This document shows positions 1 through 8,100 of a stretch of DNA of 64,000 bases, piece by piece. The DNA is taken from NCBI GenBank assembly GCA_964586875.1, contig CAZPJH010000001.1, forward strand, positions 6,721 to 70,720. Direction: 5' to 3'. The translations under genes were made by a program, and so were the position numbers. This DNA comes from an uncultured Oscillospiraceae bacterium. GTDB taxonomy: Bacteria; Bacillota; Clostridia; Oscillospirales; Oscillospiraceae. The notes beneath the pieces are model-generated. The model did not search any database. It was not told where the DNA came from and worked only from the letters and a program-made list of their open reading frames with translations. Each line of letters starts with the position of its first letter. Within the stretch, counting starts at the first letter, position 1.

Positions 1-201
1 TTCGACCGGGACAGATGTAAGGGCTGCGAGCTTTGCGCTCTGGTCTGTCCCAAGCACATCATCGTCATGGACGCTGATGCCACCAATCGCAAGGGCTATC
101 ACCCTGCCACCGTGAGCGCCGAGAACGCTGACAAGTGTACCGGTTGCGCCAGCTGTGCAAAGATGTGCCCTGATTCCATCATTACCGTAGAACGGGACTA
201 A
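1..201 (+). CDS. 2x[4Fe-4S] ferredoxin-like delta subunit of 2-oxoacid:ferredoxin oxidoreductase (5'-truncated by window edge)
   Basis: Frame 1 reads FDRDRCKGCELCALVCP...KCTGCASCAKMCPDSIITVERD*, giving two CxxCxxCxxxCP motifs; it lies directly upstream of the alpha subunit. Confidence 0.9.
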   Translation, partial: FDRDRCKGCELCALVCPKHIIVMDADATNRKGYHPATVSAENADKCTGCASCAKMCPDSIITVERD

Positions 202-211
202 GGAGGAAACC

Positions 212-1273
212 ATGGAAAAAGAACTGTGGAAAGGCAACGAAGCAGTTGCCGAAGCTGCCATTCGTGCCGGCTGTAAATATTTCTTCGGTTATCCCATTAC
301 CCCTCAGAATGAGATTCCGGAGTACCTGTCTTACCACCTGCCTAAGGTGGGCGGCTGCTTCCTGCAGGCGGAGTCCGAGGTCGCTGCCATCAACATGATC
401 TACGGCGCTGCCGGTTGCGGCGTGCGCTGTATGACATCTTCTTCCTCTCCCGGAATTTCCCTGAAGCAGGAAGGCATTACCTATATGTGCGGCGCAGAGC
501 TGCCTGCTGTTATCATCAACATGATGCGTGGCGGTCCCGGTCTGGGCACCATCCAGCCTGCCCAGGGCGACTACTTCCAGGCTACCCGTGGCGGCGGCAA
601 CGGCGACTATCGTCACCTGGTCTATGCGCCTGCCACCATTCAGGAAGCTGCTGACTATGTGCAGATGGCCTTCGATGTGGCTGACCAGTACCGTAACCCC
701 GTTATGGTCCTGGCTGACGGCATGATCGGTCAGATGATGGAAGCTATCGAATGGCGTGAAATGCCTAAGCGTGAACTGCCTGAGAAGACCTGGGCTACCA
801 CCGGCACCAAGGGTCAGAGAAAGCCCAATGTTATCAACTCTCTGTACATTGATCCCAACTTGTGTGCTGAACATAACGAGCGTCTGGCTGCCAAGTACAA
901 GGCTATGGAAGAGAACGAAACTCGTTGGGAAGAAGTGAACACCGAGAACTGTGAAGTTCTGTTCGTGGCCTATGGTACGCCTTCCAGAATTACTAAGGCT
1001 GCCATTAAGATGCTGGAAAAAGAAGGCATCAAAGCCGGCCTGTTCCGTCCCATTACCCTGTGGCCCTTCGCCGGCAAGCAGCTGAAGAAGGTGGCCTCTC
1101 AGGACAGTGTCAGGGCCGTTGTGGACTTTGAGCTGAGCATGGGTCAGATGATCGATGACGTGAAGATCGCCCTGGAGGGCTGCCGTCCTGTTTCCTTTAT
1201 CGGTAAGGCCGGCGGTGTGGTACCCACCCCTGCTGAGGTGGCTTCTGCGGCAAAAGCAGCTATCGGGAGGTAA
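212..1273 (+). CDS. vorB: 2-oxoacid:ferredoxin oxidoreductase alpha-type subunit (3-methyl-2-oxobutanoate dehydrogenase VorB-like)
   Basis: GNEAVAEAA, GYPITPQ, QAESE, SSSPG and RGGPGLG motifs; AGGAGG RBS. Confidence 0.9.
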   Translation: MEKELWKGNEAVAEAAIRAGCKYFFGYPITPQNEIPEYLSYHLPKVGGCFLQAESEVAAINMIYGAAGCGVRCMTSSSSPGISLKQEGITYMCGAELPAVIINMMRGGPGLGTIQPAQGDYFQATRGGGNGDYRHLVYAPATIQEAADYVQMAFDVADQYRNPVMVLADGMIGQMMEAIEWREMPKRELPEKTWATTGTKGQRKPNVINSLYIDPNLCAEHNERLAAKYKAMEENETRWEEVNTENCEVLFVAYGTPSRITKAAIKMLEKEGIKAGLFRPITLWPFAGKQLKKVASQDSVRAVVDFELSMGQMIDDVKIALEGCRPVSFIGKAGGVVPTPAEVASAAKAAIGR

Positions 1274-1279
1274 GAAAAC

Positions 1280-2032
1280 ATGGCAATTGTATATGAAAAA
1301 TCCAAGGGCTTGACAGATGCCGAGCTGCACTACTGCCCCGGTTGTACCCATGGTATTGTCCATAAGCTGGTGGCAGAGGTCATGGAAGAACTGGGTATTC
1401 TGGGCACCACCATCGGTGTTGCACCGGTTGGCTGTTCTGTCTTTGCTTATAACTACTTCAACTGCGATATGCACGAGGCCGCCCACGGCCGTGCTCCTGC
1501 TGTGGCCACCGCTATCAAGCGTGTTTCCGAGCCCGGCACCACTGTTTTTACCTATCAGGGCGACGGTGACCTGGCGGCCATCGGTACTGCTGAGGTGGTT
1601 CACGCAGCCATGCGTGGTGAGAAGATCACCACCATCTTCATCAACAATGCTATTTACGGCATGACCGGCGGCCAGATGGCTCCCACCACACTGGTTGGTC
1701 AGAAGGCTACCACTGCACCTCTGGGCCGTGATGCCGACCACTACGGCAAGCCTATCCGCATGAGCGAGATCATTTCCACATTGGAAGGCGCTGCCTACGT
1801 TACCCGTGTTTCCGTTCATGATCTGGCCAACTTGAACAAGGCCAAGAAGGCCATCAAGAAGGCTTTCCAGATGCAGATGGAAGGCAAGGGCTATACCTTC
1901 GTGGAAGTGCTGGCCTGCTGTCCTACCAACTGGGGTAAGACACCTGCCGCCGCCATCGATTGGCTGAAGGAAAATATGATCCCCTACTTCCCCTTGGGCG
2001 TGTACAAGGATGTTGACGAGGAGGTAAAGTAA
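1280..2032 (+). CDS. 2-oxoacid:ferredoxin oxidoreductase beta (TPP-binding) subunit
   Basis: YCPGCTHG, HGRA, GDGD...NNAIYGMTGGQ TPP motif, CPTNW. Confidence 0.92.
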   Translation: MAIVYEKSKGLTDAELHYCPGCTHGIVHKLVAEVMEELGILGTTIGVAPVGCSVFAYNYFNCDMHEAAHGRAPAVATAIKRVSEPGTTVFTYQGDGDLAAIGTAEVVHAAMRGEKITTIFINNAIYGMTGGQMAPTTLVGQKATTAPLGRDADHYGKPIRMSEIISTLEGAAYVTRVSVHDLANLNKAKKAIKKAFQMQMEGKGYTFVEVLACCPTNWGKTPAAAIDWLKENMIPYFPLGVYKDVDEEVK

Positions 2033-2033
2033 G

Positions 2034-2570
2034 ATGACCAATGAAATCATGATCGCCGGTTTCGGCGGACAGGGCGTTATGGCCATCGGCAAGACTCTGG
2101 CAGAAGCCGGCATGAAGGAGGGCAAGGACGTTTCCTGGCTGCCTTCTTACGGCCCTGAAATGCGTGGCGGCACGGCCAACTGTTGTGTGGTCATTTCCGA
2201 AGAGGAGATCATCTGCCCCATCGTGCTGGAGCCTACGGAACTGATCGCTATGAACCTGCCTTCTCTGCGGAAGTTTGAACCCAATGTGGTCAAGGGCGGC
2301 ACCATCTTTGTCAACAGCTCCATCATCACGGAGAAGGTAAATCGTGAAGATGTTCGTGCCATCTATGTGCCCTGTCTGGATATTGCCAACGAACTGGGCA
2401 ATGCAAAGGTGGCGAATATGGTCATGCTGGGTGCTTACATCGAGGCCATGGGCAATCTGGGTACAGACACCATCAAGGAAATGCTGGTGCATATGTTTAC
2501 CGGCCCCAAGGCGAAGCTGGTGGACCTGAACATTGAGGCTCTGCGCCGTGGCGCCGAGTGTGTGAAGTAA
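2034..2570 (+). CDS. 2-oxoacid:ferredoxin oxidoreductase gamma subunit
   Basis: [29 protein letters not shown]. Confidence 0.92.
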   Translation: MTNEIMIAGFGGQGVMAIGKTLAEAGMKEGKDVSWLPSYGPEMRGGTANCCVVISEEEIICPIVLEPTELIAMNLPSLRKFEPNVVKGGTIFVNSSIITEKVNREDVRAIYVPCLDIANELGNAKVANMVMLGAYIEAMGNLGTDTIKEMLVHMFTGPKAKLVDLNIEALRRGAECVK

Positions 2571-2590
2571 ATTTTAAGGAGAAAGTAGAA

Positions 2591-3667
2591 ATGCTGGATC
2601 TGGAAATCAAGATCATTAAAAACGAAACCCCCAAGCAAAAGCCTGCGGATGAGTCTAAGCTGGGCTTTGGCAAGTATTTTACTGACCATATGTTCATCGT
2701 GGAATACGATGAAGGTCAGGGCTGGCACGATGCACGTATTCAGCCCTATGGCCCTCTGCAGATCGATCCTGCTTCTCCTGTACTGCATTACAGCCAGGAG
2801 ATCTTTGAAGGTCTGAAGGCCTATCGCCGTGCTGACGGTCACATCCAAATGTTCCGTCCTATGGAGAACGCCATGCGTATGAACCGCAGCGCCGAGCGTA
2901 TGGTCATGCCTCAGTTGGATGCGGAATTCCAGGTGAAGGCCATGAAGCTGCTGGTGGAAACCGAGCAGGATTGGGTGCCCCATCGTGACGGTACTTCTCT
3001 GTACCTGCGTCCCACCATGATCTCTGATGGTGCAGAGCTGGGTGTTCACCCTGCTAAGCATTACCTGTACTATATCATCTGTTCTCCGGCCGGTTCTTAC
3101 TATAAGAACGGCATGGCTCCTGTTAACATCCACATCGAGGACAGCTATGTCCGTGCTGTCAAGGGCGGTACCGGTGCTGCAAAGACCGGTGGTAACTACT
3201 CCGCTTCTCTGCGTGCCGCTTACGAAGCTTCCAAGAACGGTTTCGACCAGGTTCTGTGGCTGGACGGCAAGCAGAATAAGTATGTGGAAGAAGTGGGCGC
3301 TATGAACATGATGTTCGTCATTGACCACAAGCTGTGTACCGCGCCCACCGGCGGATCTATCCTGCCCGGTATTACCCGGAAGAGCGTGCTGCGGCTGGCA
3401 GCCGATATGGGCATGGAAATCGAGGAGCGTCCTATCTCCGTGGCTGAACTGTATGAGGCGTATACCAGAGGCCACCTGACTGAGGCTTTCGGCACCGGCA
3501 CCGCTGCGGTTATTTCTCCCGTTGGCTTGCTGGAATATCGCGGCGATGTGATCCGCTTGTCTGACGGCAACATCGGCCCTGTGGCACAGGCCATTTACGA
3601 CAAGCTGACCGGCATTCAGTGGGGCAAAGAGGCCGATCTGTACGGCTGGATCGAGCAGGTCCTGTAA
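2591..3667 (+). CDS. ilvE: Branched-chain amino acid aminotransferase (PLP fold IV)
   Basis: LGFGKYFTDHM, FEGLKAY, AKTGGNY (PLP Lys), ILPGITR, GTGTAAV; start placed at ATG 2591 after AAGGAG. Confidence 0.95.
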   Translation: MLDLEIKIIKNETPKQKPADESKLGFGKYFTDHMFIVEYDEGQGWHDARIQPYGPLQIDPASPVLHYSQEIFEGLKAYRRADGHIQMFRPMENAMRMNRSAERMVMPQLDAEFQVKAMKLLVETEQDWVPHRDGTSLYLRPTMISDGAELGVHPAKHYLYYIICSPAGSYYKNGMAPVNIHIEDSYVRAVKGGTGAAKTGGNYSASLRAAYEASKNGFDQVLWLDGKQNKYVEEVGAMNMMFVIDHKLCTAPTGGSILPGITRKSVLRLAADMGMEIEERPISVAELYEAYTRGHLTEAFGTGTAAVISPVGLLEYRGDVIRLSDGNIGPVAQAIYDKLTGIQWGKEADLYGWIEQVL

Positions 3668-3672
3668 TTTAC

Positions 3673-3706
3673 AAAAAGCAGCTGAGGGGTTCCTCAGCTG
3701 CTTTTG
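3673..3706 (+). terminator. Intrinsic terminator after the vor-ilvE operon
   Basis: aaaagcagctgagg-ggtt-cctcagctgctttt hairpin. Confidence 0.8.
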
Positions 3707-3789
3707 ATATCTGCAACAGTGCCGCTGGGAAAAGGTTGACAACGGACAAGAAATGTGTTACTTTGGTAAAAAAGAAAAGGAGAAGCAGG

Positions 3790-4149
3790 ATGATCCGTTT
3801 TATTTCAAATATTATTTGGGCGATTTTGGGCGGTATTTGGCTGGCTCTGGCCTGGGCGCTTTGCGGCCTGGTACTGTGTATTACCATTGTAGGAATTCCC
3901 TTTGGACTGCAATGCTTTAAAGCTGCAAAACTGTCACTGTTTCCCTTTGGGAAAAAAGTGGAACTGCATTTTTCGGAGCATCCCATTGCCAATATCCTTT
4001 GGGTGATTATCGGTGGATGGGAAATGGCTATTTTCTATTTGATCTGTGGCGTTGCCAACTGCATCACCATCATTGGTATTGCCAATGGCATCCAGAGCTT
4101 TAAAATGATGAAACTGGCTTTGTTTCCCTTTGGGGCCAAGGTAAGATAA
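3790..4149 (+). CDS. YccF-domain inner membrane protein
   Basis: Two repeats of NI(I/L)W...CITI(V/I)GI...LFPFG; start at ATG 3790 after AGGAG. Confidence 0.9.
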   Translation: MIRFISNIIWAILGGIWLALAWALCGLVLCITIVGIPFGLQCFKAAKLSLFPFGKKVELHFSEHPIANILWVIIGGWEMAIFYLICGVANCITIIGIANGIQSFKMMKLALFPFGAKVR

Positions 4150-4205
4150 GGAGCATTTCCTGAAAAAATACATAAAAACAGGGAAAAACTTGTGGGAAAC
4201 GCCCT

Positions 4206-4234
4206 TTGATATTTTCCTGTGCCTGTGTTATAAT
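4206..4234 (+). promoter_or_regulatory. Sigma-A promoter (extended -10) for the MATE gene
   Basis: TTGATA-17 nt-TATAAT with TG preceding the -10. Confidence 0.75.
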
Positions 4235-4255
4235 ATCAAACAGTGCGTAGCCGAC

Positions 4256-4298
4256 AGGCGTAAGTCCAGCTAAATGGACTTACGCCTTTTTTGTTTTT
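4256..4298 (+). terminator. Leader terminator/attenuator between the promoter and the MATE start
   Basis: Perfect 13-bp stem aggcgtaagtcca/tggacttacgcct, 6-nt loop and T-tract, upstream of the RBS at 4301. Confidence 0.8.
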
Positions 4299-4310
4299 AT
4301 AGGAGGAATT

Positions 4311-5690
4311 ATGGATAATTTAAAAGAAAATAAAATGGCCACACAGCCGATCAAACCCCTGTTCTGGAAAATGGGCTTCCCCATGATCATATCCATGGTG
4401 CTGCAAGCACTGTACAATGTGGTGGACAGTGTTTTTGTTGCCAACATGGAGGGAACGGGTGCATTGGCAAACGAAGCGTTGACCATTGCATTCCCGGTGC
4501 AGATCATGATCATCGCCATTGGTGTCGGTACCGGCGTAGGACTGAATGCTATGCTGTCGAGAAGTCTGGGGGAGCGAAACCGTGAAAAGGTAAATACTGT
4601 GGCAGGCAATGGTATTTTCCTGGCAATGGTGATCTATGCTGCATTTTTGCTCTTTGGTATTTTCGGTGCAAAATGGTTCATTGGGCTATTTACCACTGAT
4701 GCTACCGTTGCAGCTATGGGCACGCAGTATTTGCAGATCTGCACCTGTTTTTCGCTGGGTTCTATTGGATTTACCATTTATGAGCGCTTTTTGCAGGCCA
4801 CAGGCAAGACGGTTTGTTCCACCATTGCCCAAATCTCCGGTGCGGTTGCTAATATCGTGCTGGACTATGTGTTCATTTTTCCTATGAATATGGGTGTAGC
4901 CGGTGCAGCTTGGGCAACGATCATTGGCCAGTTCATTTCCATGTTTACCGCTATGGCTTTCCATTATCTTACAAATCGGGAAATCAGCGGTAGCCTGCGC
5001 TATATTTGTCCCAGCACTGCCATCATCAAGGGTATTTATAAAATCGGTGCATCGGCTGCGCTGATGCAGGCACTGCTTTCGGTGATGATGGCAGGTATGA
5101 ATGCGATCTTAGGTGGCGCTGATGTGGACTCGGTGGTGCTGGTGGGATCTTTCGGCATTTACTATAAAATTCAGCAGGTAGCGTTGTTCTCTGCCTTTGG
5201 CCTGTCCAATACCATTATTACCATTTTGTCATTTAACTATGGAATGTGGCATAAGCAAAGGGCAAAGGAATGTGTGAAATGCGGGATCATCGACAGCCTC
5301 ATCACGACCTTTGCATTGACGGTGCTTTTTGAGCTGATCGCCCGGCCGATGTCGTCGCTGTTTGCCCTGTCCGGCGGTGCATCGGCAGCACTGGTGGATG
5401 TGTGTGCCACTGCCACCAGAATAGCCAGTCTGGGTTATGTTTTTATGGGATTTACGGTGGCGGTGCAGGGGGTGTTGCAGGCATTGGGATATGCAGGAAA
5501 GCCACTGGCACTGTCGTTCTTCCGATTGGTTCTGTTTGTTTTTCCGGTGGCCTACCTTTTTACACGGACACAGAACGTTCTGAGTTTGGTCTGGTGGACT
5601 TTCCCCATTGCCGAAGTGCTCAGCAGTATTTTTGCGATCATTTTCCTGAAGCGGGCTCTGCAGGATAAAATTGAAAAACTGGAAGGATAA
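4311..5690 (+). CDS. MATE family efflux transporter
   Basis: PMIISMVLQALYNVVDSVFV, NIVLDYVFIF..GVAGAAWAT; about 12 TM segments. Confidence 0.93.
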   Translation: MDNLKENKMATQPIKPLFWKMGFPMIISMVLQALYNVVDSVFVANMEGTGALANEALTIAFPVQIMIIAIGVGTGVGLNAMLSRSLGERNREKVNTVAGNGIFLAMVIYAAFLLFGIFGAKWFIGLFTTDATVAAMGTQYLQICTCFSLGSIGFTIYERFLQATGKTVCSTIAQISGAVANIVLDYVFIFPMNMGVAGAAWATIIGQFISMFTAMAFHYLTNREISGSLRYICPSTAIIKGIYKIGASAALMQALLSVMMAGMNAILGGADVDSVVLVGSFGIYYKIQQVALFSAFGLSNTIITILSFNYGMWHKQRAKECVKCGIIDSLITTFALTVLFELIARPMSSLFALSGGASAALVDVCATATRIASLGYVFMGFTVAVQGVLQALGYAGKPLALSFFRLVLFVFPVAYLFTRTQNVLSLVWWTFPIAEVLSSIFAIIFLKRALQDKIEKLEG

Positions 5691-5733
5691 AATGATCCGG
5701 CAACAGAGAAACACTGTTGCCGGATCGTTCGAT

Positions 5734-6513
5734 TTATGCAAGCAGATCAAATCCCAGAATGACAATGCCCAAAATCACCAGGATGACACCGGTGGCACGA
5801 TTAAGCGTTTTGGCACTGGCCTTATTGGCAAAGCGGGCTGCGATCCTTGCCCAGACCAATGTAAACAGGATGCAAAGACCCAGCACCATCCAATCGGGTG
5901 CGCCGCCGATGACAAAGTGACTGACAGACCCGGTCAGGGCGGTAAAAGTCATAATGAAAACACTGGTGCCGACAGCGGTTTTCAGCTCGTATCCCAGTAC
6001 GCTTGTCAGGATCAGCAGCATCATCATGCCACCGCCTGCACCAACAAAACCACAGATAAAGCCGATCAGTACCCCACAGCCGATGGACTGGATGATCCGC
6101 TTCTTGGCGCTGACTTGTCCCATGGCTTCTTTGGTGGTCATCACAGGCCGCAGGATAAACTTAATACCCAGCAGCAGGGTCATAAAGGTGGAGAAGCTGC
6201 CCATGGTGCTGCTGGGCACCAGACTGGATACCCAGCTGCCGATCAGCGTAAAGACCAGAACGGTGGCCATCATCACCAAGCCGTTTTTGATGTCCAGATT
6301 TTTATTTTTGCCATAGGTATAAGCACTGACGGCACTGGCCAGAACATCTGATGCAAGAGCAATACCCACGGCCATGTAAGGATCCATTTTTAAAAAGGTG
6401 ATGAGCATAGGGGAAATGACTGCGGCGGCACTCATACCGGCAAAGCCGGTGCCTAGGCCGGCTCCCATACCTGCAAAGAAACAGACCAAAAGGGTCACCA
6501 GAATTTCTACCAT
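5734..6513 (-). CDS. TauE/SafE (TSUP) family permease
   Basis: GLGTGFAGMSAA and GFVGAGGG..AVGTS duplicated motifs; hydrophobic 259 aa. Confidence 0.88.
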   Translation of the reverse strand: MVEILVTLLVCFFAGMGAGLGTGFAGMSAAAVISPMLITFLKMDPYMAVGIALASDVLASAVSAYTYGKNKNLDIKNGLVMMATVLVFTLIGSWVSSLVPSSTMGSFSTFMTLLLGIKFILRPVMTTKEAMGQVSAKKRIIQSIGCGVLIGFICGFVGAGGGMMMLLILTSVLGYELKTAVGTSVFIMTFTALTGSVSHFVIGGAPDWMVLGLCILFTLVWARIAARFANKASAKTLNRATGVILVILGIVILGFDLLA

Positions 6514-6939
6514 TTATTTTTCCTCCATTTTTTCAATGTTTTGTAAAATCTTTTCGCCCAAAGTATGCAAAAGAGCCAATTCCTGCTGAGAAAATCCTTC
6601 GATCAAAAGGCGGCCCATTGCTTGCTGAGCGATTTTTCCGGCATGAGCGGCAGGGAGGGCGCTTTCCGTCAGCTCCAGATGGACAGTGCGACGGTCTGCT
6701 GTGTCAATTCGCTTGCGCAGATAGCCACGATTTTCCAGATCGGCCACGGAAACGGATACGTGGCTTTTGGCAATTCCTCGGCGGGATACGATATCCGCTG
6801 CACGGTCATACTGGGGATTGTTATACAAAAAAAGCAAAACATCCAATTCGTTTCGGCTCAAATCCCACTGCCTGCAAACAGGCTCCAGCAATTTGCTATA
6901 GTTTTTTTGCAACTTTTGCAAATGATCAAAAAAATCCAC
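6514..6939 (-). CDS. MarR family transcriptional regulator
   Basis: LSRNELDVL...KSHVSVSVADLENRGYL...DRRTVHLELT; GTG start after AAGGAG. Confidence 0.88.
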   Translation of the reverse strand: MDFFDHLQKLQKNYSKLLEPVCRQWDLSRNELDVLLFLYNNPQYDRAADIVSRRGIAKSHVSVSVADLENRGYLRKRIDTADRRTVHLELTESALPAAHAGKIAQQAMGRLLIEGFSQQELALLHTLGEKILQNIEKMEEK

Positions 6940-6957
6940 TGCACATTTGCTCCTTTT

Positions 6958-6981
6958 AAAAAGTTCGTTTTTGAACTTTTT
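6958..6981. promoter_or_regulatory. Probable MarR operator (9-6-9 inverted repeat)
   Basis: aaaaagttc-N6-gaacttttt just downstream of a minus-strand ATGACA-17-TATACT promoter. Confidence 0.55.
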
Positions 6982-7109
6982 GGAGTATAGCATAAATTCA
7001 AAAGAGTGTCATGAACGGTTTGTTAAATTTATTGATGATCTGCGTTGACAGATGCTGGGGACGGGTGTAAGATAGCCTTGTTGCATAAAAACTAAAAAGA
7101 GGAAGAAAT

Positions 7110-8013
7110 ATGGAACAGTCCAATCTGTACGGTTCAGAAAAAATCAGTAAAATCCTGCTGAAACTGGCACCGCCTGTGATGCTGGCTCAGTTGATCCAGG
7201 CATTGTATAACATTGTAGACAGCTTGTTTGTGGGTCGATATTCAGACTCCGGATTGACAGCCCTTTCGATCGGATATGAAGACTCCGATGGTTGCACAGA
7301 TCCTGGGGGCGATCACCAATATTATTTTGGATCCGCTGCTGATCTTCGGCTTGTTTGGACTGCCGAAAATGGGTATCGGGGGCGCAGCGGTGGCCACGGT
7401 AGCCGGTCAGGTGGTGGCAGCGTTGGTGGTGATGAGAAAGGGATTTCAAAAATCACCGGCAAAGAGGCTTTATCCCGGCCATCTGAAAACGATCTACCAC
7501 CTGGGGGTGCCCAATATTTTGATGCAGTCGGCCTATACCTTCTACATTTTAGGGCTGAATTTGATCCTTGCATCTTTTTCTGACCAGGCAGTGACGGCGC
7601 TGGGGCTATACTACAAATGGCAGACCTTTTTCTTTATTCCGCTGGGAGCAATGCAGACTTGCATTGTGCCCATCATCAGCTACAATTATGCTGCCCATCA
7701 TGTGGAACGATGTAAGAAAACACTGTGGGCATCGGTGATTTTTGGCTGGGTGTTGATGGCGATGGGAACGCTGTGCTTTGTGTCGATACCGGAACAAATG
7801 CTGCGGGTATTTTCCTCTGATGAATTGGTGATATCCATTGGGAAAGTGGGATTTCGCTTTGTGGGGGTCAGTTTCTTGCCTCAGGTGACTTCTCTAATTT
7901 TTCCGGTGTTCTTTCAGGCGGTGGGCAAAAGCGTGAAAAGCTCGTTGCTGACGGTGGTGCGTACGGTGCTGTGCTTTGTTCCTTTCGGGGAATGCCAGCG
8001 CTTTTTGACTTGA
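7110..8013 (+). pseudogene. Disrupted MATE transporter (internal deletion with frameshift near 7273; C-terminus truncated)
   Basis: The N-terminus (PVMLAQLIQALYNIVDSLFV...ALSIG) jumps in another frame to MKTPMVAQILGAITNIILDPLLIFG; about 300 aa in total versus 459 aa for the intact MATE nearby. Confidence 0.8.
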
Positions 8014-8039
8014 CAAGCGATATGCTTGTTGAGTATAAT
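8010..8039 (+). promoter_or_regulatory. Sigma-A promoter for the pullulanase, with an internal inverted repeat
   Basis: TTGACA-18-TATAAT; acaagc-N5-gcttgt overlaps the -35 and spacer. Confidence 0.65.
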
Positions 8040-8100
8040 GATACCGTATGTCATCTGTGAAACAGAGAGCAAAATAACAAATTGATTATGGAGGCAAAAA

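Noticed and set aside
182-2125. 647-aa minus-strand ORF
   Set aside because: Antisense shadow of the codon-biased vor genes; no motifs or RBS
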